Positions 44,904-58,025 of a DNA stretch of 64,000 nt are shown here, piece by piece. This stretch comes from Catajapyx aquilonaris (Eukaryota). The notes below the pieces were generated by a model, which saw only the letters and a program-made list of their open reading frames with translations, was not told the DNA's origin and did no database searches. Every line of letters starts with the position of its first letter. Within the stretch, counting starts at the first letter, position 1. The translations under genes were made by a program, and so were the position numbers. The stretch lies in the NCBI GenBank assembly GCA_000934665.2, contig JYFJ02000286.1, forward strand, positions 62,001-126,000. The letters run 5' to 3'.

Positions 44904-47900
44904 ACTTTGATGTCGTGGCTGTACTTTATTGCTTTTGGGTGTTTTTACACAAGATTAGAGGCATTAACGCAGCAAGAGCTACCCAGGATATTTTTAAGCA
45001 CTTTCTCTCTTAATGCTGACCACTCTGATAAACATGTTCCAGTTGCAGCGACCGACTACACTGATGCAAAATTGGAGTACATATATGCCACGGGACTTAA
45101 GAGATGAGAAAATGTCATGTACCAGCACGTGTTTTGCATAGTCATAATACAATAGAGTTGAATTAAAGCTTTGATGTTCCTTCAACAGTCAGCACAATAC
45201 ACCTGTATATAGCCTCGACTGCCAGGAAATTACAGAACACGGCAAACCTCATTGGTTAATTTTGTAATACAATCTAGATCGTTCTAGAGGAAAAAAGAAC
45301 TGGCTTACAATACAATAAAGACGAAGGCACAATACTTTTATGAAATATCATGTTGAAAGTAAAATATGTTTATGTAAAGCACAAGAACTGATGTGAAAAA
45401 TTGGCCAGTGAATCCGTGCTTCCATTTGGCAGCACAGTATATTGCAAGAAAACTGAATCCGCCTTGACTTGGCCAAGGAGAAGCCTGCCTTTCACCAGCA
45501 AAGCAAGGATGATCCGGTATTATCACTGGAGCGGGAGATATTAACACTACTGAGATATCTACTTCAGATAATTAGAACTGCCCAATTCTATTTCACAGTT
45601 TCACAATGATGCAAATTAATCCACCTAGAACAAGGATTGCAAAGGACAATAGCATGATTATCACACGATGTCATGATTGTCTGGCATCTCTGTAATAGTA
45701 GAAGTCCAGTTTAACCAGAGTGTTCAAGTGCAAGTTATGCAGAAAATTATAATTTTCTGTCGTTGCAAGAGTAGCAATCTGATTTACTTGTTAATTCTAA
45801 TTATATTTGGAAATCTGCTATTTAGAACTATAGGGAAGTTACAATCGAATGATTGATGTGAGGGTTTGACAGAAGACTGTGGGAAGGTTTTCTTCCCCTA
45901 AATTTTTCAGATCTTAAAGAAATGCTTAGGAAAAACTAGGATAGTATAATTTCTTTATCAGAAAACTGACTATACCATAGTTTATGAGCTAATTGCATCT
46001 CATGCACTCAATGGTAACTCGATTTTGACCAAAACGCGACTTTAAAATTTTTGTACAAATCCTTAATATTTTATTATTTTTAGGCACCATGGTCCATATG
46101 TTCCACAAGTACATTTTTCCCTTGCGCTAAAAATACAAGTTATGAGTGTGCATTACGTGTGTCAGGCATTATGACAAAGCAACGGTACATACGGTATAAC
46201 ACACCTTACTCTTTCTGGCCATTTTCTGAAAAGTTATTGTATTCCCTCGTCGCACTTATAGGCCTCCCTGAAAGTACGAATCCGAAATCGTACACCTGTA
46301 GTTGCACAATAAATCTCCCCTGCTGTCACCTTGACGCAAAGAATTTCTTTACGCGAGAGTCTGTGCTTTGTCGGCCGAGTGGCACAATCCTCTCCCAAGT
46401 TACTCTACCAGCGTCTTATATCAAGCTCAAGTAAGATTTCACTGACAAGAGTCATAAATATCGAATAAGTGGTCTATTAATGTCCTTGCATTGTGCGAGT
46501 GAGGCTTTAAACTCTGGCAGGTCATCAATCGAGATCGTTCCTTTATTATTATTATTTTTCTTCTCCTTTCTGATTCTCTCCAGCGGCAATTTGTGGACCC
46601 AGTACCACGTAATATTTCGCGTATATAGGGATGAATCTGCCACCTTCTGGTCCTTTTAATGGGCTCACCTTTAATTATTATTACAAGAGAGCAGGAGAGG
46701 AGCCCTTATACGGAAGGCAGTTGGCTGAAAATTATCAATCAATTTTTAATCTGCGCTCGTTATTGCTGCCCATGTAATGAAAACCCTACTGCTTTCAAAT
46801 TTTAATAGCTTGGAGTGCCTTCCAGCAATGAAAAAAATCAGGGGAAAAAATGGAGGGAAGTTGTACTCGGTATATTGGAAAGTTACGTAACGCAGGGTAC
46901 AATTACATTTTTGACACTTTAATTTGAAACTTGCAAAAAAAATTTAAAAAAGGGCGCGTTGGATATAGCCTGCACTGTGAAGCAGGAGAGTTGCCAGGAC
47001 GAATAGAAGGATTACAGGATTATGTGCGGACATTGCAAATGATGTATTAGGCCCATAGTAGATGTAATCTTCACTGAGTAGTACACCAAATTGGGTTGCG
47101 GAATTCTGTTTGTCAGTAAATGGAGGTTTGATGATTGAACCGCTATTGATCGCAACTTAAATAATTATTAGCAAAGTTGATTGCAGTATAACATTTGTGT
47201 AAGATATGTATGTGGCAGAGGCTGAGCTGTAGCACAACATCCTGCAGTAATGTTACGTACCGGTATATTTATGACTATAACAGACATTTAGTTTGCGGCA
47301 CACATGATTGTGGATATTGTACATTGGAGATGCAAGGAACGAATCTCATATATCTAAGAAATCTCCGGTAAAATATTAATAATTTCAAGATCTTCCAAGA
47401 TAGACTCATAGCAGCGGAATAATATGATTTCATTTGTTGAGAATATGTGCCTGCATGGCTGCTCATTTTCCCTTGAGGAATTTTGTATGTATGGAAATCC
47501 CCGAGGAGGATGTAAAGGCTGGGAACTGATTGGTTACTGGGTTGCACTCAAAATCAAGGGACTTGTGCTGCAAACTTCAACTGCTGACGCTTGAGAATTT
47601 CTGGGGTACTATAGAGATTGTGAATAGCTTTCACACACATTTCAATGACTTCTACTTCCAATCAACCCTGATAAGTTTTACGGCTCGAAATTTCACTGGG
47701 ATTGCCACCCATTCGTGTAGTAGTGCTGCTTCCCAATGCATGTGTGAAATGCTCTCATCCCAATGTCATTTGTCCACCTGCGGGAATTGCAGCTCAGCTC
47801 TTGAGCCTGAAGGTGTGGAGTGTCTGGGAAAATGCTGAGCATCCTTACCTGTAGGGTCACATTTGTCATACATATAAGTTGTAAAATAAAATTTTAGACT

Positions 47901-50900
47901 TACTTGTTAGTCAAGAGTAACTCTTGACATAATTTTGCTTTAAAACACGTTAATGGTATTGCCTACATATCCACTTCTCAAGTTTGTTTGTTTATAAATC
48001 TTTTCACGTTACTGGAATGAGAAAAATCGCATTAGTTTATGCAAAAAGATCCTTCAAAAGTGGTTAGTTCCCAGTTGACATCAAAAAGAGTCTCGAAAAG
48101 TAGTTGTTCAGTTGGAAAAGAAAATATTGGAAATGCCTTGAAGCCAAACATTCTTTTCCTTACTTTGGTTTTCAGATCAAAAAGAGGAGTTGGCTTAGGC
48201 ATCCGTTGCATTTTGTAGGGGGAGTCGATCAATAAAACCATACACTCGTTGTTTCCTTAGAACCGACGCCCACAAGCCCTCATCCTCATTCGCAAACCCT
48301 CCAACCATTTGCGAAAAATAAAAGTAAGCGGCGTGAATAACAAGGACTCTCCTTGTCACTCAGATTGTCGGCTGTAGACAGGCTCCACTGGCACAACAGT
48401 GCAAGGAAAAGGAAGAAAAAAAAGAGAAACAGTTTTTTGGAAATATCTTTTTGCTCCACCTTCAAAGCAATTTTATGGCTGCAGTCGGGATTGACTTTTG
48501 TGGGATTTTTCTGAAAGGCTTGGTGCACACAGCCGACATCTTCATTGTGACACTCGGACGGCCTGCTCTCATGCGATGCAACACACTTTCCCTGTCCCGA
48601 AGGACCATCTGGCGGTCGGTCGGTTTCCGTGCCGTCGGCACAATCTCTCTCGGAGAGCAAACCAAAGTTGGTTCGGAGAATGCTTTTGATTTGTTGTTGA
48701 TAAACCATTCGAGAATTTTTCCCCTGCTGTGGACGTTGTGTGAAAAAATTACAAGCATCGCTCGAGATTTTTATACTGCGCAATGCAAGGCACAATGCTT
48801 GATTAAATTGCTGTTATAACTCGCAGTGTGTGCAGCACCTCGTAAGTTTATGCATGAGCATGAGAGAACGCACTTCTCATGCAGGATATCCTCACTGTAG
48901 CTTTCTGTATCTTGAGATATTCCGCCATTTGCAAGAAAAAAACAAGACCTCCCTCTGTGAGTAGCCAGACATTGAAATAAACTAGTTACGTACCTCGCAG
49001 ACACTTCCAACCACCTCACCCTAGAAGTTTCTTCTCTCTGTAGATCACCACTTCCAGGCTGCATTTTGATTTTATTTTCTCGAGTATAAAGTTTCACTTC
49101 GTTTAATCTTGTCCTTCGCGACACATTTTAGGTGGCAATCGGAAACTTGTGTCGGAGGGAAATTACACGTTTCGGCAACTTGGATAAGAATAATACGGAG
49201 CGCGACTCAGCGCGCCTCTAATCTGCATTGTTTGAAGTCAAGGTCACAAATGAAACAGAACACTTGGTTCTAATTAAGTTACTCGCTAATTACCTTCGGA
49301 AGGAGTAGACGAGGAGGCGAGGAAAGGATTGGGCATAATTTATGCAGGGCAAGCTGACTCGTGATAGAGTGCTCCAGAACTTTTTTTTCCATGTGTTTGA
49401 AAACGCGTAATGTACTAGTACAGTACGTTTCCCACATAATCTAGCTTGACGTTTGTATGTACAGTGAAGCTAAATTGGGATTAATTCACTGTGTGTAAGC
49501 GGACGGATTTGCGGGGGCAAAATTATGGATGGTTTTTTATATAGTTCTGAGAGATTAATTACTGGAATTTTAATAATGGACATTATTACCGCTGCGATGC
49601 CTACAGTATTAACGCATCACCAGTACATTCTGCCTTATGGACACATAGGATATGACATGTCATTATTAGGCTTGTGTATCAGAAGTGAGGAAATTTGCGG
49701 ATTTTTATGCACGAGGAGGGAAAATACTTGTCCGATCAATACGGCTATTTGTTGGCAAGACATTGCTTATTTTAGCAGTTAATTTTGCATGGTTTCACCT
49801 TCTATGCAAATCTGGAAGTACAGTATTTTTTTCTTATTTTTACGTATTACTTGCCCTCCGAGGGCATACTTCCGGCGTTGTGCCCGCTTGGGCGAATCCA
49901 CAGCCCCGGGAGGTCATGCACAATATACTTTCCTGTCCACTACGTGCTTACTGACCACTAACCACATTGCGTGACGATTAGCCATACATGTGCCTACTCA
50001 TATAGGTATCACTATAGTGCCCAGCTGAGACCTGCAATACCGGAGATATTGCCTCAATTTATTAACATACTATGTTTCACTTCTTGAAATTCGACGGATA
50101 CTATTACTTACACATATGTATGTTATGATATCAATTTAAAGCTAGTTGTTTCTTGAGCCTTGACTCAAACATGAGCCAAAAAACGAGTGAGTAATATGTG
50201 GACAGTGCAGGGTCTAGTTACATAATGAGTGACCTAAGTTTGTAAAACCTGCGCACGGAGTTGTATGAGGGTCTGAATACAAATTTGTATGAAGGTATAT
50301 AGGCCTTGTATCACACACCACATGTGCGATCTGCATGATGATCACGTCTATGAATCTATTTATGTCAAGCTCACTTATGAACGATGAAAGGCAACATAGT
50401 TTTGCTGCATGTGGCAAATCGGACTGGTCTGGCTATACTTTTTCCGCGGGGAGAATCGCATGGTTCTAAGCTTTTGGACTATGCGGGTGCTATCGATATC
50501 AGGTCTGCCTTTTAAGAACTTTTTACAAGCACTGTACGCTGTCCGCTTCCTCCGCGTCTGCTTGAGACAAGAACATCATGGAAAGTAAGAACCAGAGATT
50601 GAATTTCTGCTTCGTCTCGCCCATATGATCGATATACTTCTTGGTACATCCACTAACTCGGCTTCCAACGTAAAATAATGTGCTATTTACACTACTTTAT
50701 TGCAGACCATTAGTGTTCCATGGGTGACTTTGGAACACACTACATTTTTCTCACTGAACTCGTGCAATCGTGTATATGATTATACTTTGTTGTACATCAT
50801 AATTATAGTAGCAATTAATATAACATAAATTAACACAAGCGTATATGAGCATTCCATAATGTTATATAATAATTTATAATGATGTTCTAGCAATTATATT

Positions 50901-51982
50901 GCCCATCGGGAGTGCTACTAAATCGAATATTGTGTCATCGCAATTTAATAGTAGACAGGTAATTACTAATGGAGCAATCGAAGCTAATATTACTATTATT
51001 ATAATTATTCAGTAGGTGTATTTCACAATCATGTTGATTGTCCAAATTTCCAAATCTTATACTGTAGGCTTGTGCTGATCGTGATGGTGCTGATCAGCAT
51101 GGCAGATGATTTGGTCGTGTGTTGCTTGCTATAAGTATGACAATTAACTTTGCTTCAGAAACTCGCTTACAATCTTAGAAAAGGGCTGTTGCATTGCAGC
51201 AGTCACAGAAATGGCAATTGATAGACCAATCTTCAAGCACAGCGGGTGCACTTGATGAAAAATTATTACAGAATTAGTCCGGTTTGTAATTTTTTATATT
51301 TCTATAGTAAGTGGCACTGATGACATTTTTCTAATTTAAACTGAGTACATGAAATAGTCGCATAAATTTTGTAACAAGGGCAACTGCAAACTCCAGATGC
51401 CTGCATAGGAGGGCTGAATCAGCAATGCAAGGGAAGTGCACCTGCAGTACAGCAACTAGGTTGCTTCACCTAGGCTGATTGAAGTGGCATCTATATAGAG
51501 CAATATAGGCAGTGACGGTTGGGCTATGCGAAGCTAGCTAAGCGCCTAGGTCTGGTCAATAGTAGCGTCTGCGCTTCGATAGAGTCTGGGCGGGGCTAGA
51601 TCCCGACCGGCGCCCTGCAATTGCTTGGTGGCCAAAGGCTGCCTCCACCAGGGACCTCCTCAGTTGTGCGCGAAAGGTCGCGACGTACCCGTCCTGACCC
51701 CCCTTGGCCCGGATGGTCATGCCGCTGCTCTGCCGCCGCCTCCGTGTCTCCTCACCCCCAGCCACCACCACCAGGTCGGACCCCTGGTGCCCGGCCGGCC
51801 TGTGGATTCCACCTGTGGAATAGTGTGGTTTTTGTGTCCGATGGCCTCACCAGACGGAGTGAATATCATACTGTCCCTCCTGTTTATGGGGTTGCCCTGG
51901 CATCTGTTCATTGGGTGGGAGGCTGGTTGATAGCCGCCTGTTGCTTCCCTGCTGCTGGTCCTCTAGCTGTAGCCCTTCAGCC

Positions 51983-53873
51983 ATGTTATGCTGCTTGGCC
52001 TTCTGTCTGCTGGCTCTGGTTGTAGGTCAGGACGTGACCTTCAACGACCCTAGAGTCAACCGCGAGAGACCCCCGACCAGCTTGTGGGCACCAACCCACA
52101 CCTATCCGGTGACGGAGGCCACCAACACTGTGATATTGCACGATGTGGACTACTCGGAGGAGTTTGTGGACGAGCCCTCCCCACCGCCCAACCGGGGGAG
52201 ACCAAAAACCACCAACATACGGCACCAGAAGAGCCGCCGGAGTTTCTCGCGGTCGCGAAAAAGCCCCAAAATTCGTCCCAGCGACAAGGAATTTCACGTG
52301 GTGGAACATCCCTTGTCGGAGTCGACGACGGCAGAGGCGTCGACTCAGTACCAGTTCGTGGATGACCTGGGGTCAACGACCCCCAGAACTCCAGTGTGGA
52401 CCACCACTCTCAGACCCTTGCACAGAAGCAGCACGGGAGAGCCCAACTTGGAAAATAAGTTGAGGGTGACAGGAAACTTGCTGGATCCCTTTTTGGGAGA
52501 CGGCGACGAGGTCGACGAAGACGACGACGACTATTTTGGGGAACTCTCCTGGGGAATGAAGGAGCTGTCGGAGGATGCAGGCACCATGAATCCCAGAACT
52601 GTAAGTCCCCACCTCTCCTCACTCCGACCTAGAAATGCTGATCATTTTGTGCTCCCAACCTTTTGTCAACGGCTTCAAAGTGAGACCCAATTTGTATGCA
52701 TAATTATGTGCGCTTTCAGAATTACTCCATAACTTTATTACACGTCCACGCTTAGGTTCGAGCAGGTGTTTGTGAAATGTTTTCGCCACGCGCGGATTAA
52801 AGGTGTGCAAAAAAAACTATTACTTTCCGCTGGAAAAACAAACCGTGCGGATTTATTATTTACAGATGAAATAACCTGATGCACTCGACGATGCTGACAA
52901 TGATAACCGTAGTTCTGTTATTTTGAAACACCCCCCCCCCCCCGTACATTTAATCGGAAAAGCCCGGAGTTTGAAGCGTACAGTGGGTTCCATGAAAGTA
53001 CATGGGCGGCAAGTATTGATCAGTGTGATTCAGTTTAGTATAAACTTACAGCACGATGACTTTCCAAACAGTTCGAGGGAGAATCGATCAAGTCTGGGGG
53101 GCTATACATTCGTCAAATGGTCTATCATTCCCTTTTAGAATAGCAATAGCAACTCGTTCTGGTCCTCTAGCAGACGTGCCCTGTCCCCCCGAATGGGATT
53201 CCAATTTGCTATCAAATGACACTGACTTTTTGTTGTCATCGGAATTTTATTGCGACGCTTGTTTACCCCATCGCACTCGATAAATCTTTCAGATAACAAA
53301 ACTGTTACTTGCAGATGGAAGAGCTGGAGGATGATGACTCCCCAGTGGAAGATGGTGAAGAGGAGACGGAAATGACTCCTCCCAACAGGCCTCGAGACCG
53401 ACCGGACATGGATATAGTGACCAAATTCCTCCACATCGTCGAATCCCAGCACCTTCTGGGAGAGAACTGCACCGCAGGCACGGACTTCAACTTGGGCGAA
53501 GGTGTGGTGGACAGATACGCCCAGGAGCGATTCCGGATGGAAGCTGACGTGGCTGTGAATCGAGCCAACCTGCTGACTCGGCTTTGGAAGTACGCGGACC
53601 ATGTGATGGAGTCCGAGTATTTCTTGCACGCGGCTGTCTTCTCCATGGTGGAGCTGGACGACGACATCTTCGCCGCCGGAAACTGCTACGACAAGTACCA
53701 GTACAAAGACTACTGGCTCTTCTGCCCGTACGCGTACCGGTTGCCCGAAGGACCCATACTGGCCAAGGATCTGGCTGTGGAGTACAAGTACCTCAGCAAC
53801 ACCTCGGAGTGGTTCTACATCGCCAGGAAGAACGCACTGAGGGTCATCAAGAATTTCAATCAGTTTCAGCGAG
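51983..53873 (+). CDS. CG31760: Probable G-protein coupled receptor CG31760-like (GPR158/GPR179 class C family); first two coding exons, gene continues beyond the window
   Basis: Exon 51983-52600 encodes signal peptide MLCCLAFCLLALVVG plus a low-complexity stalk (donor GTAAGT). It joins in phase 0 to exon 53315-53873 (donor GTGAGT), which encodes DIVTKFLHIVESQHLLGENCTAGT..LGEGVVDRYAQERFR..AVNRANLLTRLWK..FAAGNCYD..FCPYAYRLPEGPILAKDLAVEYKYLSNTSEWF, a sequence I recognise from CG31760 homologues. Confidence 0.85.
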
Positions 53874-56800
53874 GTGAGTCTGCACTCATTGGCTTATTGG
53901 GTTCCCATTGAAAGATGAAGATGGTACATAGAGTGTTCACTTTAGAAACCAGTTTAAAGTTTCAACGGGTTGCTTCTCTTTAGACTGGTTGCAGAGGTAA
54001 ATAGTTCATAACTTATTCACCTCTGGATCCGGGGAACTCGCAGTGCACCAACGGTGTACAGGTCTTTGGACGATTAATAATGAATCCTGATATATTTAAA
54101 AATTCATACAGAGGTACTGCATTCAGAGGAAAAGTTACAGAATAATTATTCTAGAGAGTTTGCAATTTTGCTGCTGGTTAATGCGTGGATATTAAAACTT
54201 TGCGACGGGGGCAGTGAAAACCGCCAGTATATGAAGGAGCACAATCTGCGACCGCTTGCACCATGTTTGCGTTTTTGTTAATATACTGTAGCACCACAAT
54301 AATCCGGCTTATTTGCTAATGAACGCGGCTGATACTTTTAAGTGCGATCGTGCAATCATTTAAAGCTTTTAGCAAATAATGATTTTTGTTTCCAGTGCTT
54401 ACAAAATGAATTGGTGTTTAAGCCACATCATTTTTTTTACATGGTAATGGTGCAAGATATTGACCACTCTTTACGCAACTCTTTTAACCAGATGACCATC
54501 ACATTGACTGCCTATTAATATACAGATCAATTATAACATGGCCATGTCACGTAATCAATAACACAAACTGACGCTTTGAAACAGTGCACTTGACATACAT
54601 TGTTACGAATAAACTCCGCGTTCAAGTAGCTACATAGCGACAATGCAAAAGTCGGCGGTTGAAATCTGTTGCGTGCACCCACGTAATTCAAGGCCCACAT
54701 ATCTGGTAACCCCAACTCTTCTCTTGTACCCGTAATTTGGGGGTGTCACGTGACGTTAATTAGTAGTGCGGTACAAAGTGCTGCCCTTTGATACAACTGA
54801 TCTCTCTGCCTTTACGGGGGGAAGCGCAGAAAAACCTGGTCCGGTTGGAAACATGGCGCCGACAGACGTCATCGGACATGTAGATGACTCTGGTGACTGT
54901 TACACTACAGTTCATATTATAAGAGTTGAGAAGCGTGATGGAAAATCCCAGGGAGCCACCACCAGCACCCAGTAGTGCCGGGGAATTTAGACCAGTCTTT
55001 TGTTTATGGCGACAAAGGATGGGTATTGTGATGCAAGCGAGCCGCGCCCGCGCACATCCTGCGACCTTTGTTCCGTCAACAATCACACTCTTTTCACGGC
55101 CTGGCCGCTTTCGGGCGTCCAGCATGGGCGTCCATTCAGATGGACACACTTGTCAACAACTTTCAATTCTGGCTAGTGGGAGGAGAAAAATAGGGCAGAA
55201 GCATTAGTAACCGCATCCATCTCTTTACGTTTCTGGCCATTAGTGCGTGGCATGTGGACAATTGGCTGTGGAAGGTAGTATCTGCTGTTGTTGTCTGTGA
55301 GGCGCCGGGACACCTTTTAGAGTGGACGTTAAATGCTGTAATGGCAGCGTTCCAGCATAGAGAACAGGGGCATACAGGGTGTGCCTCATTGTTAATTTTT
55401 ATGCCTGCAGAATATTTTGAGGTTGAGCGATTATTTAAATGATAATTGAATCGGTGCTTAACGATCTTTAAAACCACAAGCTTCAACTTCTAGACTATCT
55501 AGAGATTTAATGACATTATTTCTTAAACCTACATGACTTTAATGTTGTTAATTTTTACTGACGTGAGGCAAAGAAACATTCCCAGCCTCCCCGTCATTAT
55601 TTCAAACTTTTTTTTGAAGTGATACGAAATTGGAGAAGTGTAACTTACAAGTTTTTTTCTCTCCATATAACTCTACGGACTGCATGCAATATTCGCGTCA
55701 AGGTTTTTTGTGGTGGACTTTACACTTTCATCCACGTGAAATAATGAGAAACTTTTAAAACGAAGTGCCACACTCCAGACGTCTGCACAAACTGAAGTGC
55801 CAAGCGGAACTTTGCGCAGTCCTAAAGTTGGGAACTTTAGTTGACGAGTTCAACTACTGTTGGTCGCATAAATTTCATCGACAGTTGTTTCATACGCAGC
55901 TGCTCCGCCGGCAAGTTTTTCGCTGTCATAAACATTGACTTCAAATCTCTGATGATTTTGGTAGCTTACGGCACGACTGCTGAGACCCAGAGTGGGAAGT
56001 ACGAGGGAAGGGAAAGGAGAGTTCAATCATAAATTAACACTCTCTGTCTACAGTATGTGTTTAATGCAGCGTTAAAACAGTGTACTTTGAAAGGAGGTAC
56101 CCATGCTAATTTATACGTTACAATATTATTATTGGAGTTGAAGCTTCAGTGGTAGCCTAATTAAAGATTGCATGGACATGCGACAATTTGTGATGTCTTT
56201 TGTTAACATGTTTTAAATCTGATGGTGCTGGACCATTACTCCTTTATCTTCTTCTGTACATTGCGTACATAATACAGCCAGTATTATTCTACTGTATCAT
56301 ATTTTTAATGAGAGTAAGCTTTGTCGCATTCGACTTTTATTGACAATGAAACTACTCTGAAGGATAATTACTTCATTGTGCAAAATATTGTACTTCCTCC
56401 ATGCAAAAGCACATTGAGTGGGAGTGTACACAATTGGGAAGTTGGAAGCAGTTTGCGCCACCTGCCTCGCTTGCAAGTTAGTAGCAAATTATCTTCGAAG
56501 ACTCCCCAATGCCTTTGTCGTAAACGGTTGTAACGAGAGCGACCCAATTCACCTGGAACTAGAAAACAAGCTGATGTTCTGGCAACATAATATGCTCCGC
56601 ACAATACAAAGGAAACCCCCTGGAGACATCAGTGCTCATCGGTATAGCTACTGTTCAATAATCGAGGTTAAGCGCTAGGATATCCGTCAAATTCCTGGCC
56701 TCGCTAAGTGATATCCTTCACTAATGTTCACTAATGAGATGATGATGCACATAGCAAAAAGAGGTGAAATGGGGATATTAGTTAAGAGGGCGGGAGGTTT

Positions 56801-57999
56801 ATTCCTATGAGAGAAAAAGTTTGGGGGGCCAGAAATGGAGGGGGGCAGGGGGGATGAGTGGTGGTGGTGGTGGTGGAGGGGGGTGAATTTAGAATAGGCC
56901 GTAAAAGTGGGTCCTGCCTGAGCTTTATGCGACGCATTGGAATTTGCCACTTAAAGCTCCATCAAGCCTCTCCCAGGCCTTCTCCGCTGGAGTTTACGTC
57001 TCTTTCAGGCCACAGTTCGTTCTTCTCTAGCCTTTATAAAGGCCATATCTATTTTGCCATGCATGAGTTCACATTTTGTGTGGCTATGCATGAGTGTGCC
57101 GAATATTTGCCGGCCCTTGTGTCACAAATTAATGAATTTTTATAATCTCATTGTCAGCTTCATGTAGCACATGCTCAATATTACAGTGTGATTTCTGAGT
57201 TTTAGAGATAACGAGCTCATCTGACTCGTGAAACATAACCATTATTTGCACAGTGTTTTAAATGAACATGGACATGAGTACTGTGATGGGAGAGCTCATA
57301 TGCGTCATAAGGAATGGGCCCTTTACGTGTGAATATTGCAGCAGGTAATACTGTATATACTGTATATTACATAACATGATGTTACGTCAAGAATTATGGC
57401 CAAACCCTAAATGTGCAAGGCTGGAACCTAAACTGTAGCAGTAGTTCAAGGTTGCTTCGGGAAAAGTTAAACTGCGCCAGATTTAGCACAGATGCAAATT
57501 ACCTGACTCATAAGTCCAGAAGAACCACACAGCTTAAACTGTTTTATTCATTGTTTTCATATTGGCACGTGGACGGTGCAAAAAATGCTCGATTACAAAA
57601 CAATGCACTGAGTCAGTAGGCTATGTAACACCTTATAAAGTTAATTAGCGAATTTTTTATCCGGTGCTGAAAAGAGGATAAAGCAGGACATTGTTTCGGT
57701 GTAGAGCCGATATAACGGCTACACCTCGTTAGTGGTTTACGCCAACATGAATTTGGTTCGTCGTTGGTTGGTGTGGTGGGCAGGTGTACAGTATATTTCC
57801 TCTACCCAGAGTTAACTATGCTCAAGAAAACTGTGGCATCAGCACATTATTTTTCCCATGTGGTCGACGCACTTGTGGTGCTGAGCCTGAGAGTCCTTAA
57901 TAGCTTAAAAGTCGACATTCTCCTTAAGTCTTCCATCATGTTCCATTTTCCAATAGAAGTAAGGAACGACAGGTAGCTTTTGTAAAGCAAGTAGTACTT

Positions 58000-58025
58000 G
58001 AGAGAGAGAGTGAGAGAGAGAGAGA
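58000..58025. repeat. (GA)n microsatellite
   Basis: gagagagagagtgagagagagagaga directly visible. Confidence 0.85.

Noticed and set aside
48286..48819. Overlapping 169-aa and 122-aa ORFs
   Set aside because: No recognisable domain; overlapping frames on both strands are consistent with chance.
53135..53877. Antisense and alternative-frame ORFs over the GPCR exon
   Set aside because: Shadows of a GC3-rich coding exon.
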